64,000 bases of DNA from an uncultured Campylobacterales bacterium. GTDB taxonomy: Bacteria; Campylobacterota; Campylobacteria; Campylobacterales; QNZT01. The position numbers and the translations under genes are program-made. The notes below the pieces were generated by a model that saw nothing but the letters and a program-made list of their open reading frames with translations, was not told the DNA's origin and did not search any database. Below, in pieces: positions 26,445 to 36,487 of the stretch (positions are counted from its first letter, which is position 1; each line of letters begins with the position of its first letter). The stretch covers positions 24,569 to 88,568 of the forward strand of contig CAZUPK010000098.1 in assembly GCA_964622255.1 (NCBI GenBank), given 5' to 3'.

Positions 26445-26453
26445 TGGTATAAT
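26445..26453 (+). promoter_or_regulatory. extended -10 element TGGTATAAT
   Basis: TGnTATAAT lies 29 nt upstream of the methyltransferase start, in the divergent kdsB/methyltransferase spacer. Confidence 0.4.
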
Positions 26454-26481
26454 ATAAAAAAAATGATAAAGGGTAGAAGAG

Positions 26482-27174
26482 TTGTTACTATATCAAGAAG
26501 AGGATAGTTTTTTATTTAACTCAGATTCTCACTATCTTTATGACTTTATATCAAAACTAAATCCCAAGGGTGATGTTTTAGATGTTGGTAGTGGTTGTGG
26601 AATACTCGGGCTTTTGGTTGCGAGAGATTTTAAAGTGAACTTGACCTCTATAGATATACAAAAAAACTCTTATTTTTTAACAAGACAAAATGCCTTAATA
26701 AACTCTTTGGAGTGTGAGGCTTTATGTGGAAACTTTTTAGAGTATAAGTTTAACAAAAAGTTTGATTTTATCATATCAAATCCTCCATACTACAGTTCAA
26801 AAGTTATAAAGAGTAAAAATCAAAGACTGTATGTAAGTAGATATGCGGAAAATATGGAGTTAAAAGCTTTTATAAAAAAAGCAAAAACCCTCTTAAAAAA
26901 CATAGGTCATCTAATCTTTTGTTATGATGCAAAAGAGATTGATAATATTATAACTGCCCTAAAAGAGTTGAAGTTAAATCCTGTAAACATAAGATTTGTT
27001 TATGGAAATATAAATAAACAGTCCCACTTAGTATTTATACATGCAAGAGCCTCTTCAAACTCTCCTACAACTATACATCCGCCACTTATCGCAACTACGG
27101 ATGGAGAGTTTAGCGATGAGGTAAGGAGTATTTACCAAAAGACAAGGACATATAGTATAAAATGCAGTCTATGA
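26482..27174 (+). CDS. SAM-dependent methyltransferase with NPPY motif (N6-adenine / TrmN6-like class)
   Basis: VLDVGSGCGILG (motif I) and IISNPPYY (motif IV). TTG start. Confidence 0.65.
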   Translation: MLLYQEEDSFLFNSDSHYLYDFISKLNPKGDVLDVGSGCGILGLLVARDFKVNLTSIDIQKNSYFLTRQNALINSLECEALCGNFLEYKFNKKFDFIISNPPYYSSKVIKSKNQRLYVSRYAENMELKAFIKKAKTLLKNIGHLIFCYDAKEIDNIITALKELKLNPVNIRFVYGNINKQSHLVFIHARASSNSPTTIHPPLIATTDGEFSDEVRSIYQKTRTYSIKCSL

Positions 27175-27542
27175 TAAAGAAAAATGGTTTTAAGTTTGCT
27201 TTTGATCCTTTAGCTTGTGGTAGCTGTGAGGGCAGGTGTTGCACTGGTGAGAGTGGATATGTATGGATAACTCCTAAAGAGATGCAAGAGGTTGCAAAAC
27301 TTTTGGATATGGGGTTTGATGAGTTTACTTCAAGCTATGTGAAAAAGGTAGGTTATAGATACTCTTTGGTCGAAAAAAAAGTAGGTGCTTCTTATGAGTG
27401 TATCTTTTTTGATTCAAAGCTAAAAAGGTGTAGTATCTATGAGGCAAGACCAAAGCAGTGTAGAACTTTTCCATTTTGGGATAGTTTTAAAGATAATATA
27501 GATGAGGTGGTAAAAGAGTGTCCAGGTATAGTAGTTTTATAG
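27162..27542 (+). CDS. YkgJ-family CxxCxxCC zinc/iron-chelating domain protein
   Basis: CGSCEGRCC cluster near the N-terminus, with further conserved Cys (C..F.....C.IY..RP..C..FP). Confidence 0.6.
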   Translation: MQSMIKKNGFKFAFDPLACGSCEGRCCTGESGYVWITPKEMQEVAKLLDMGFDEFTSSYVKKVGYRYSLVEKKVGASYECIFFDSKLKRCSIYEARPKQCRTFPFWDSFKDNIDEVVKECPGIVVL

Positions 27543-28684
27543 TATTTTTAGCATTTTTTTTGCTTAGTAGTTGCAGTGCTAAGACTATGTCTGTTAAAAA
27601 TTTAGATAAAAATGTCGTCCAAGCAGGTATGGATTTTTATTATATGGCTGGGCTTGATTGTGAGTATAGAAAAGATTATGAGTGTAGTGCTTTGATGTTT
27701 GAAAAACTATATGATATGACTAAGCAGAAAAGTTTTTTAAAAAATATGACAAGACTTTCACTTTTAAGTGTTAGGTATGATATATATAAAAGGCATATAA
27801 ATGAGATGGAAAAACTATCTAAAAAGGATATGGAAATAGCATCATATCTTGTTCCATACTATCTAAAAGAAAAAGAGTATAAAAAAGCTGAGGAGATTTC
27901 TAAAGATATTTTAAAAAAAGACAATTCCTTAAAAAACTATCAACTTTTAGCCTCACTATATATAGATACAAAAGAGTATAAAAAGGCTCAAAAAGTTTTA
28001 GATGACTATACAAGGAGGTATGGTTGTGAAGCTGTTATCTGTGGTATGAAACTATTTTTAAAGATAAAAGAGGGGGATGATATTAAAGGTATCGAAAAGC
28101 TTTTAAAAAGGTTATATAAAGTTACAGGAAATCAATCTTTTGAAATAGAACTTTTAAAACTATATCTATCTTTAGGAAAGTTAGGTGAGTTGGAAAAGTA
28201 TGTAAGAAGTAGTAAAACTTTGAAAAAAGATGTTTTGATAGATATATATACATCTATAAAGAAGTATAAAAAAGCTGAAAGGATAGCTTTGGAGCTTTAT
28301 AAAGAGAGTAAGAAACCTTTTTATTTAGCTGATAGTGCAGTCTATCTCTATGAAGCTGAGTATAAGAAAAATCCTAAAGTTTTAAAAGAAGTTATAGATA
28401 GATTTGAAAAGAGTGTATCAAAGGTAGATAAACCTGTATTTTATAACTATTATGGATACTTGTTGATTGATCACGATACAGATGTAAAAAAAGGGATAAA
28501 ATTGGTTAAAAAGGCTTTAAAAAAGAAGCCAAAAGATGAGTATTATCTTGACTCTTTAGCTTGGGGATACTACAAGTTAGGAAAGTGTAAAGAGGCCTTA
28601 AAAATTTTAGAAGGTCTCAAAGATAAAGAGCAAGAGGAGATGAAAGAGCATATCAACAAAGTAAAGGAATGTTTAAAAAGATGA
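27518..28684 (+). CDS. TPR-repeat lipoprotein
   Basis: Signal peptide plus lipobox (FLLSSC). Repeated A/Y/K-rich 34-residue-like units (YKKAEE.., YKKAQK.., YKKAER..). GTG start. Confidence 0.55.
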   Translation: MSRYSSFIVFLAFFLLSSCSAKTMSVKNLDKNVVQAGMDFYYMAGLDCEYRKDYECSALMFEKLYDMTKQKSFLKNMTRLSLLSVRYDIYKRHINEMEKLSKKDMEIASYLVPYYLKEKEYKKAEEISKDILKKDNSLKNYQLLASLYIDTKEYKKAQKVLDDYTRRYGCEAVICGMKLFLKIKEGDDIKGIEKLLKRLYKVTGNQSFEIELLKLYLSLGKLGELEKYVRSSKTLKKDVLIDIYTSIKKYKKAERIALELYKESKKPFYLADSAVYLYEAEYKKNPKVLKEVIDRFEKSVSKVDKPVFYNYYGYLLIDHDTDVKKGIKLVKKALKKKPKDEYYLDSLAWGYYKLGKCKEALKILEGLKDKEQEEMKEHINKVKECLKR

Positions 28685-29469
28685 TTTTAGATGATATTAT
28701 AGAAAAGACAAGAGAGCTTGTAAAGGAGAAAGAGGCAAAGATACCTCTGGATTTACTTGGTAGAAGCTTAGCTTACAATCCTTATCTTCCAAGAGATGTA
28801 AAACCATATTTAACAAGCACTGAAGATGATCCATACCGTATCATTGCAGAAGTTAAAAAAGCAAGTCCTAGTAAGGGGATAATAAGAGAGGATTTTGATC
28901 CTCTTCAAATAGCAGTTGATTATGAAAAAGCAGGAGTAAATGCCATATCTGTTTTGACTGAGCCATATTTTTTTCAAGGTGATTTGGAGTATTTAACTGG
29001 GATAAGAAGATATGTTGGAACTCCACTTTTAAGAAAGGATTTTATAGTTAGTAAGTATCAGTTGGTGGAAGCTTTAGTTTATGGTGCTGACTTTGTTTTG
29101 CTCATAGCAAAAGCACTTTCTAACAAGAAGTTAAAAGAACTTTTAAACTATACTTGGCATCTTGGGATGAATGCACTTGTAGAGATTCACGATAAAGAAG
29201 ATCTTAAAAAAGCCATATATGCCGGAGCAGATATTATAGGTATAAATCATAGAAATCTTGAAACTTTCAAGATGGATATGGAGCTTTGTCATAAACTTAT
29301 ACCACTTATCCCCAATGGAAAAATCATAGTTGCAGAAAGTGGAATAAATGATAAAGAGGTTATAAAAGAGCTTCATTCTGTTGGTGCTGATGCTTTCTTA
29401 ATAGGGGAGCATTTTATGAGGCAAAATGATATAGTCGATAGTGTAAGTGGGTTAAAGAAAAAGGACTAA
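28669..29469 (+). CDS. trpC: indole-3-glycerol-phosphate synthase
   Basis: [21 protein letters not shown] and LRKDF motifs. Confidence 0.85.
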   Translation: MFKKMILDDIIEKTRELVKEKEAKIPLDLLGRSLAYNPYLPRDVKPYLTSTEDDPYRIIAEVKKASPSKGIIREDFDPLQIAVDYEKAGVNAISVLTEPYFFQGDLEYLTGIRRYVGTPLLRKDFIVSKYQLVEALVYGADFVLLIAKALSNKKLKELLNYTWHLGMNALVEIHDKEDLKKAIYAGADIIGINHRNLETFKMDMELCHKLIPLIPNGKIIVAESGINDKEVIKELHSVGADAFLIGEHFMRQNDIVDSVSGLKKKD

Positions 29470-29471
29470 AG

Positions 29472-29960
29472 ATGAAGTTTTTAGATGGAATAGTTGAGTT
29501 TTTTGGAAAAGTTAGTTCGTATCTGGTTTTACTGCTTAGTCTATTAGTAGTCTATGATGCTTTAAGTCGGTATCTTTTTCACAGTGGGAGTGTAGCTTTA
29601 CAAGAGCTTGAGTGGCATATCTTTGATGTGATATTTTTACTCGGGCTTTCTTGGGCTTTGAAGGTCGATGAACATGTAAGAGTTGATATATTTTATAGTG
29701 GGTTTAGTGATAAAACAAAAGCTGTTGTAAATCTTATCTCGATGCTCTTTTTGATAGTGCCGTTTTCTTTGATGGTGGTTTATACAAGTTCAAACTTTAT
29801 CTATCTTAGCTTTTTACAAGATGAGATGTCTTCAGATCCTGGAGGGCTTAAGTATCGATATGTGATAAAGGGTTTTATAGCTTTTGGGTTTATTTTACTT
29901 GCACTTGGGGCAATTAGTGAAGCTGTGAAAAACTTTAAAACTATAAGGGGGCAAAGGTGA
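29472..29960 (+). CDS. TRAP transporter small permease (DctQ-type)
   Basis: 162 aa with four TM helices, directly upstream of and overlapping the DctM-type gene. Confidence 0.7.
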   Translation: MKFLDGIVEFFGKVSSYLVLLLSLLVVYDALSRYLFHSGSVALQELEWHIFDVIFLLGLSWALKVDEHVRVDIFYSGFSDKTKAVVNLISMLFLIVPFSLMVVYTSSNFIYLSFLQDEMSSDPGGLKYRYVIKGFIAFGFILLALGAISEAVKNFKTIRGQR

Positions 29961-31243
29961 TAGGTATGTATATGTTTTTAACAGCACTTTTGTTACTTTT
30001 AGTTGGTTTTCCTGTGGCATTTGCTTTTGGTATGAGTGCGGTTGTGGTTGCTTTTTTTACACCCAATGTTGGGCTTGAAGTTTTTAATCTTTTGCCATTT
30101 AGGATTTATGGTATTATGCAAAACTTTACTTTGATAGCTGTGCCACTTTTTATCTTTATGGGACTTATCTTAGAAAGAAGTAAGATAGCAGAAAGTCTTT
30201 TGGTAAATATAGGAAAACTTTTTGGTGGAGTTAGAGGAGGACTTGCTATATCTACTGTCTTGGTTGGTGCAGTTTTGGCTGCAAGCACAGGGATAGTTGG
30301 AGCAAGTGTCGTTATGATGAGTATTATATCTCTTCCTATTATGATAAAACACGGTTATTCAAAATCTTTATCAAGTGGAGTTATAGCAGCAAGTGGAACT
30401 TTAGGACAGATCATACCGCCATCTATAGTTCTTATCATACTTGGTGATGTTATGAGTGTTAGTGTGGGAGATCTTTTTCGCGGAGCAGTTGGTCCATCCT
30501 TAGTTTTAGTAGGACTTTATATACTTTACATACTTATCTATTCATATATAAATCCTTTAGTTGCACCGGCCATAAAGATGGAGGGAGAGGATAGAGCGAC
30601 AGTAGTAAAAGATGCACTTTTATCCATCATAGCTCCTTTAGCTCTTATCATCATAGTTTTGGGAAGTATCTTTGCAGGGGTTGCAACTCCGACTGAATCA
30701 GCAGCTTTTGGTGGAGTCTTTGCGATAATCCTTACTGTTATGACTAAAAGCTTCTCATTTGAGCTTATAAAGTATGCTATGGAAAAAACTGTTAAACTTA
30801 CAGCTATGATATTTATGATACTTATAGGGGCTACCGCTTTTTCTTTGGTTTTTAACGAAGTAGGTGGAAGTGAACTTGTTTTAAAGTTTTTTACAGAGGA
30901 TATAAGTAGCAAATGGGCTTTTATAGCTATTGCAATGCTTAGTATCTTTGTTTTGGGTTTTTTTGTGGATTTTATAGAGATATGTTTTATTGTTGTGCCT
31001 ATTTTAGTTCCCATAGTCAAAGCTTTTGGTATAGACCCTATATGGTTTGCACTTTTGGTTGCTATGAATCTTCAAGCATCATTTTTAACTCCGCCATTTG
31101 GTTTTGCACTCTTTTATCTAAAAGGTTCATCAAACGATTTAGTATCTACTAAGGATATATATAAAGGTGTTGTGCCATTTATACTTTTACAGGTATTGAC
31201 ACTTTTTATACTTATAATGGTTCCTGATATAGTGAAGTTGTAG
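29957..31243 (+). CDS. TRAP transporter large permease (DctM-type)
   Basis: 428 aa polytopic protein with the typical DctM pattern (GTLGQIIPPS, FLTPPFG). Confidence 0.85.
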   Translation: MIGMYMFLTALLLLLVGFPVAFAFGMSAVVVAFFTPNVGLEVFNLLPFRIYGIMQNFTLIAVPLFIFMGLILERSKIAESLLVNIGKLFGGVRGGLAISTVLVGAVLAASTGIVGASVVMMSIISLPIMIKHGYSKSLSSGVIAASGTLGQIIPPSIVLIILGDVMSVSVGDLFRGAVGPSLVLVGLYILYILIYSYINPLVAPAIKMEGEDRATVVKDALLSIIAPLALIIIVLGSIFAGVATPTESAAFGGVFAIILTVMTKSFSFELIKYAMEKTVKLTAMIFMILIGATAFSLVFNEVGGSELVLKFFTEDISSKWAFIAIAMLSIFVLGFFVDFIEICFIVVPILVPIVKAFGIDPIWFALLVAMNLQASFLTPPFGFALFYLKGSSNDLVSTKDIYKGVVPFILLQVLTLFILIMVPDIVKL

Positions 31244-31536
31244 GGAGGATGAGTATTTATAAGATATGTCCTATGAAAACATTTCACCGACCTTGTGCAT
31301 AATCAAAAATTAAGCTGTAATAGGTGAGAAGGATTTAATGGGAGAGATAAAATGCTACAAAAACTAGAAGAGAAAGCAAAAAAGACAAAAAATGAGTTAC
31401 CAATAAAAGCTAACCAATAAAAGCTAACAAAATTGCATATGATGGGTTGCAAAGGTTAAAATATGTGTAACATCAGTAAATGAAATGTTGAAATTGATGA
31501 TTGATAATAGAGAATTGTGGACAAAAGGAGAATTGT

Positions 31537-31878
31537 GTGCATGAGTATAGTATAGTTCAAGCACTTTTGGATCAGTGTGAAGAGACTGCAAGGCAAAACA
31601 ATGCTACAAAAGTTATAAAGATAGTTGTAAAGATAGGAGTTATGAGTGGTATTGAGATAGAGCTTTTAAAAACAGCTTTTGATACTTTTAAAGAAGAGAC
31701 TATGTGTGCTACTGCTAAGCTTATCATTAACCGTCAACCTATAATTGTAAGGTGTTGTAATTGTTTAGAAGAATCAATTTTAAAAAAAGAGGAGTATAGT
31801 TGTCCAAAGTGTCAAAGCACTGAACTTAATGTGATAGATGGTGAAGATATGTATCTTATGCAATTGGAGCTTGAATAA
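31537..31878 (+). CDS. hypA: hydrogenase/urease nickel-insertion protein HypA (start trimmed to GTG giving MHEYS)
   Basis: (M)HEYSIVQALL N-terminus and two CxxC pairs (CCNC, CPKC). AAAAGGAG RBS lies 6 nt before the GTG at 31537. Confidence 0.8.
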   Translation: MHEYSIVQALLDQCEETARQNNATKVIKIVVKIGVMSGIEIELLKTAFDTFKEETMCATAKLIINRQPIIVRCCNCLEESILKKEEYSCPKCQSTELNVIDGEDMYLMQLELE

Positions 31879-32257
31879 GATTTATCTTTTAATAACTTTT
31901 AGCATTCATCCCAATAGTCTTTAGCCTTGATTTTGTATGTATCTTCTCATAGTCAGGGGACTTGCTTTATGTTTCACAAAATATCAAAATAGCAAAATAG
32001 CAAACAATAGAGTATATATACCCTAAAATTTATAAAAGATGGTTCTCCCATTGATTTATTTATCTTGAAGTATTGGATTAGGTTTTTAGGGATTTCCATT
32101 ATGTGAAAATAGGCTGTGACATATCAATAAAAATTATTTTAGTTGGATAAAAAACTTAAAATTTTCTTATTTGTAAAATATAAGTAAAATATTTTAAACC
32201 TAAATTATAAATAAAGAGTATAATTATGCTGTGAGTAAAATTTTAAAGGAGGAAAAG

Positions 32258-32650
32258 ATGAAAATGTTAAGAAGTTTTGTCTTGTTTGTTTTAGTGGCTG
32301 TTGGAACTTCGCTAAGTGCTGGTTCTTGTGATATAATTTCTAGTGTACCAGTTGTACAAGTAAATAAAGTGTATGAGTATATCACTAAAAAGGTGCCATA
32401 CAAAGCTTGTGAGGATGTATGTGTAGCTGTAAAAGATAACTGTGACTGCACGGTTAAATATGTAACAAAGAAAGTTTGTACTACAAAATATAAAACTGTT
32501 ACAGTTAAAAAATTTAAAGGGTATGAAAATGTAGGTTACTACAATGGGCAAAGAGTTAGTGTTGTGTGGCCTACAAAATTATGCAATATCCCTATTAGAA
32601 TAGAAAATAACTGTTGCACAGTTATTAGAGCTAAATGTGGCTGTAATTAG
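32258..32650 (+). CDS. small exported Cys-rich protein (possible lipoprotein), no family recognised
   Basis: AAGGAGG RBS lies before the ATG at 32258. Signal peptide MKMLRSFVLFVLVAVGTSLSAGSC. 11 Cys in about 105 mature residues, Lys/Val/Thr-rich. Confidence 0.5.
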   Translation: MKMLRSFVLFVLVAVGTSLSAGSCDIISSVPVVQVNKVYEYITKKVPYKACEDVCVAVKDNCDCTVKYVTKKVCTTKYKTVTVKKFKGYENVGYYNGQRVSVVWPTKLCNIPIRIENNCCTVIRAKCGCN

Positions 32651-32672
32651 ATTTTGACTACATATACATAAA

Positions 32673-32698
32673 GGGGTCGGAGAATCTTCTCCAACCTC
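32673..32698 (+). terminator. hairpin downstream of the Cys-rich gene
   Basis: GGGGTCGGAGAA/TTCTCCAACCTC stem (one mismatch, one G-T) followed by the pyrimidine-rich TTCCCTCCTTTCTT. Confidence 0.45.
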
Positions 32699-32827
32699 TT
32701 CCCTCCTTTCTTAACTTTCCTGGGTTTTATTTGTTTCCAGATTTTATTTATTTTTAGTAAAATAACTTGATGTTTGAGTTAGACAGATGGTTTTCTCATA
32801 CATATAAAAATCAAAGAAGGCATACTT

Positions 32828-33076
32828 TTGAGAGTAGATAAGTTTATAAACATTGTAAATATTACTAAAAGAAGAGTAATAGCAGAAGACATGTGTAAAA
32901 GTGGTGTTGTCTTTATAAATGGAAAAAAAGCAAAAGCATCAAAAGATGTAAAAGTTGGAGATGTTATCACGATAAAGTATCTTGAAAAAACTAAAAAGTA
33001 TGAAGTTTTACAGATCCCAACGACAAAAACTATCCCAAAATTAGCAAAAGATAAATATATAAAGGAATTATTATGA
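32828..33076 (+). CDS. S4-domain RNA-binding protein
   Basis: 82 aa. MRVDKFINIVNITKRR..A...C..G.V.ING..AKAS..VKVGD matches the S4 pattern. TTG start with an AAGAAGG RBS. Confidence 0.65.
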   Translation: MRVDKFINIVNITKRRVIAEDMCKSGVVFINGKKAKASKDVKVGDVITIKYLEKTKKYEVLQIPTTKTIPKLAKDKYIKELL

Positions 33077-34047
33077 CCTTTGGTGAGACAAAAGAGAAGT
33101 TTAAAAAACTTTTTGAAAATAATATGAGCAAAGAGGAAGCAAAAAATCTTTTAATAACTCTCTATGAAAAAGGAGAAGAACCTCAAGAGATAGCAGCCGC
33201 CGCAACCGTTATGAGAGAATACTCTATAAAGCTTGATATGGATGAGAGTTTAAGAGATAAGCTTATAGATATAGTAGGAACCGGTGGAGATAAGATAGGG
33301 AGTTTTAATATCTCTTCAACTGTTTCACTACTTTTAGCTAGTTTAGGAAGCTTTGTAGCAAAACATGGAAACAGATCCATCACAAGTAACTCTGGTTCGG
33401 CTGATTTATTGGAGGCTTTAGGGATAAACTTAAACTTAACTCCTAAAAATCAAGTTTTGATGCTAGAAGAGGTGGGTTTTACCTTTATGTTTGCACAAAA
33501 TCATCATCCGGCTATGAAGTATATTATGCCTATAAGAAAGTCATTGAGTCATAGAACTATCTTTAACATACTAGGTCCCCTAACAAATCCAGCAGGTGCA
33601 AAAAAGTATCTTTTGGGAGTTTTTGATAAAGATTTTATAAAACCAATAGTTGAGGGACTTAAACTTCTTGATGCAAAAAGTGCTATGATTGTTAGTAGTT
33701 TTGAGGGTATGGATGAGATAAGTATATCAAGTGATACTTATGCTAGTGATTTGGAAAAAGAATTTATTATAAATCCTGAAAGTTTTGGCTTGAAAAAAGA
33801 GCCACTTGATGCTATAAAGGGTGGAAATGCAAAAGAAAATGCAAAAATAACTTTTGAAATATTTTCAAACATACAAAAGGGTGCAAAAAGAGATATAGTT
33901 TTACTAAACTCTGCGGGAGCTTTGATAGCTGATGGGAAAGCTAGAGATTTTCAAGATGGTATAGAGATGGCAAAAGAGGCGATAGAAAGTGGTAGAGCAA
34001 AAAAACATCTTAAAAAAATAGTTGAGGTTTCACAAAAACTTGGATAG
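33073..34047 (+). CDS. trpD: anthranilate phosphoribosyltransferase
   Basis: DIVGTGGD, KHGNRSITSNSGSADLLEALG and NILGPLTNPA motifs. Confidence 0.9.
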   Translation: MTFGETKEKFKKLFENNMSKEEAKNLLITLYEKGEEPQEIAAAATVMREYSIKLDMDESLRDKLIDIVGTGGDKIGSFNISSTVSLLLASLGSFVAKHGNRSITSNSGSADLLEALGINLNLTPKNQVLMLEEVGFTFMFAQNHHPAMKYIMPIRKSLSHRTIFNILGPLTNPAGAKKYLLGVFDKDFIKPIVEGLKLLDAKSAMIVSSFEGMDEISISSDTYASDLEKEFIINPESFGLKKEPLDAIKGGNAKENAKITFEIFSNIQKGAKRDIVLLNSAGALIADGKARDFQDGIEMAKEAIESGRAKKHLKKIVEVSQKLG

Positions 34048-34450
34048 AGTAGTAGTTGTAGGAAAAGATGAACTTTCAAAAGTTGTAAATAAAGTTTTAA
34101 AATTAAGTGAGCCTATTATCCTTTTAAAAGGAAATTTAGCAAGTGGAAAGACTACTTTTGTAAAAGAGTTTGTTAACTTTTTAGGTATAGATGTAGAGGT
34201 TTCATCTCCGACTTTTTCCATTATGAATAGTTATGAAGATAGAGTTTTTCACTATGATATTTACAACGAAGGAGCTCAAAAGTTTTTGGAGAGTGGACTT
34301 TTAGAAAACTTGGAGTTAGATGGTTATCACTTGATAGAGTGGGCAGATGAAAGGTTGGAAAGGATTTTAAGGAAGTATGGTTTTGTTTTTATAAAAGTAG
34401 AAATAACTCCCAAAGGGGATAAAAGAGAGTATAGGATATGCACAAATTAG
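34022..34450 (+). CDS. tsaE: tRNA t6A biosynthesis ATPase TsaE
   Basis: P-loop GNLASGKTTFVK, SPTF and HYD.YR-like motifs. About 140 aa. Confidence 0.7.
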   Translation: MRFHKNLDRVVVVGKDELSKVVNKVLKLSEPIILLKGNLASGKTTFVKEFVNFLGIDVEVSSPTFSIMNSYEDRVFHYDIYNEGAQKFLESGLLENLELDGYHLIEWADERLERILRKYGFVFIKVEITPKGDKREYRICTN

Positions 34451-35160
34451 AAGCTAAAAATCTACAAAAAACGATTAAAAAGATAAAGATTATTCATAAT
34501 TTTTCCCTTAAAGTAGAAAGCGGAGAGGTTGTTGGACTACTTGGACCAAATGGTGCAGGTAAAACAACTACATTTTATATGATATGCGGACTTATAGCTC
34601 CTACAAGTGGAACTATACTTTTAGATAGAAAAGATATTACAAATAAGCCTTTACATAAAAGGGCAAAGATGGGTATAGGCTATCTTCCTCAAGAAGCGAG
34701 TATTTTTAAAGAACTTAGTGTTGAGGACAATATCATCTTAGCTTTGGAATTGAAGTATGAAGATAGAAAAAAGATAGATGAAAAACTAAAGTATCTTTTA
34801 GATGTTTTAAATATTTCTCCTATAAGAAATAGACTAGGTATAAGTTTAAGTGGTGGTGAGAGAAGACGATGTGAGATAGCTAGAAGTTTAGCTATAGAGC
34901 CAAACTTTTTACTTTTGGATGAACCTTTTGCTGGAGTTGATCCGATAGCTGTTGCGGATATCCAAAACATAGTAAAAGATCTTAAAAAACTTGGTATTGG
35001 AGTTTTGATAACTGACCACAATGTCAGAGAGACTCTGAGTATTTGCGATAGAGCTTATGTTATAAAAAGTGGTGAACTACTTGATAGTGGAACGGCTAAT
35101 GAGATATCAAACTCGTCTTTAGTTAGACAATACTATCTTGGTGAGGAGTTTAAGCTGTGA
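34438..35160 (+). CDS. lptB: LPS export ABC transporter ATP-binding protein
   Basis: GPNGAGKTT, LSGGERRR and LLLDEPF motifs. Immediately upstream of rpoN, the classic arrangement. Confidence 0.85.
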   Translation: MHKLEAKNLQKTIKKIKIIHNFSLKVESGEVVGLLGPNGAGKTTTFYMICGLIAPTSGTILLDRKDITNKPLHKRAKMGIGYLPQEASIFKELSVEDNIILALELKYEDRKKIDEKLKYLLDVLNISPIRNRLGISLSGGERRRCEIARSLAIEPNFLLLDEPFAGVDPIAVADIQNIVKDLKKLGIGVLITDHNVRETLSICDRAYVIKSGELLDSGTANEISNSSLVRQYYLGEEFKL

Positions 35161-36428
35161 AGTTAAGAACAGATGTTTCTATGACTACGAAGCATAAACT
35201 ATCACATACTCTAAGAACTTGGTTACACATACTTAAAGCCGATCTTGAGAGCTTAAATAAAACTCTAAAAGAGCTATCAAAGGAAAATCCCTTTATAGAG
35301 ATACAAGCAGGAAATGAGATAAAAAGTAGCTCTAAAAAATCGTATCAACAAACTTATCAAAAAAATGTTGTCTCAAACGAGATAGAAGCTTTAATATCAT
35401 CAAAAAAGTCATTATATGATAAGCTCTATGAACAGATAGAAGCACCACTTTTTCCTACAAAAAGATCTATAAATATAGCTTTTGAAATCATAGAAAATAT
35501 AAATGACGATGGATATTTTGACGGTTCTATAAAAGATATAGCAAAAAAGCTAGATACAACACTAGAACAGGTTGAGAGAGTTAGAAAAAGATTTGCCTAT
35601 CTTGAGCCTAGTGGAGTGGGGTCAATTGATCTTTATGAGAGTTTTCTCTTTCAACTAAATGACTTTGACTTAGAACCGAAACTTTTTGATATGTGTGTGA
35701 AACTAATAAATAACTTTGAAAATATCCAAAACTATAAAGAAGAGCCTTACTTTTATAAAGCTGTAAAAATTATAAAAAAAATGAAAAATCCTCCTGCTAT
35801 AGAGTATAAAAGCGAAGTTTTACAAGTCATTCCAGATATTTTTATAGAAAACAGAGGTGGAGACATAAAGATAAGACTAAATGATGCTTACTATCCCAAG
35901 ATAGTGATAGATACAGGTGGTCTGGATAACAAATCTAGCTTTGTGAAAAATAAGATAGAAAAGGCAAAATTATTGGTAGAAGCTTTAAATCTTAGAAAAG
36001 AAACTCTCTTAAAGATAGCACTATCTCTTATAGAGTATCAGTATGACTTTTTTATGGGAAAAGAGATAAAGCCTATGAAACTTGATGACTTATCAAGAGA
36101 TCTTGACAGACATCACTCAACTATTTCAAGAGCTATCTCAAATAAATATCTCTCGTGTGAGAGGGGTATCTTTCCTCTAAAAAGCTTTTTTGCGACTGCT
36201 TTAGATGAAGAAAGAGAAATTTCAAATGCCGCTATAAAAGCTTATATCCAAAAGATAGTTAAAAATGAAGATAGAAAAAAACCTCTCAGTGATAGTAAAA
36301 TAATGGATATGGTAAATGAAAAGTTTAATACAGCAATAGGAAGAAGAACAGTAACAAAGTATAGAATAGCTATGGGTATAAGAAGTTCAAGCGATAGAAA
36401 AAAGATATATCAGTTAGAGGTAAATTAA
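35157..36428 (+). CDS. rpoN: RNA polymerase sigma-54 factor
   Basis: C-terminal RpoN box GRRTVTKYR and HTH region HHSTISRAI. Confidence 0.9.
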   Translation: MKLRTDVSMTTKHKLSHTLRTWLHILKADLESLNKTLKELSKENPFIEIQAGNEIKSSSKKSYQQTYQKNVVSNEIEALISSKKSLYDKLYEQIEAPLFPTKRSINIAFEIIENINDDGYFDGSIKDIAKKLDTTLEQVERVRKRFAYLEPSGVGSIDLYESFLFQLNDFDLEPKLFDMCVKLINNFENIQNYKEEPYFYKAVKIIKKMKNPPAIEYKSEVLQVIPDIFIENRGGDIKIRLNDAYYPKIVIDTGGLDNKSSFVKNKIEKAKLLVEALNLRKETLLKIALSLIEYQYDFFMGKEIKPMKLDDLSRDLDRHHSTISRAISNKYLSCERGIFPLKSFFATALDEEREISNAAIKAYIQKIVKNEDRKKPLSDSKIMDMVNEKFNTAIGRRTVTKYRIAMGIRSSSDRKKIYQLEVN

Positions 36429-36437
36429 AATCTTCTT

Positions 36438-36487
36438 TGTAACAAATAGTAACATATATAGCATAATTACAATAAGAATGTGTTACA
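36438..36487. promoter_or_regulatory. cluster of three TGTTAC[AT] motifs (HP1021-box-like) upstream of acnB
   Basis: TGTAACA at 36438-36444 (reverse strand TGTTACA). AGTAACA at 36448-36454 (reverse strand TGTTACT). TGTTACA at 36481-36487. All lie 75-125 nt upstream of the acnB ATG. Confidence 0.3.

Noticed and set aside
31398-31433. Tandem 14-nt repeat (TAACCAATAAAAGC, about 2.5 copies) upstream of hypA.
   Set aside because: It is short, AT-rich and imperfect. It is compatible with slippage in a spacer, and no protein- or RNA-level interpretation is supported.
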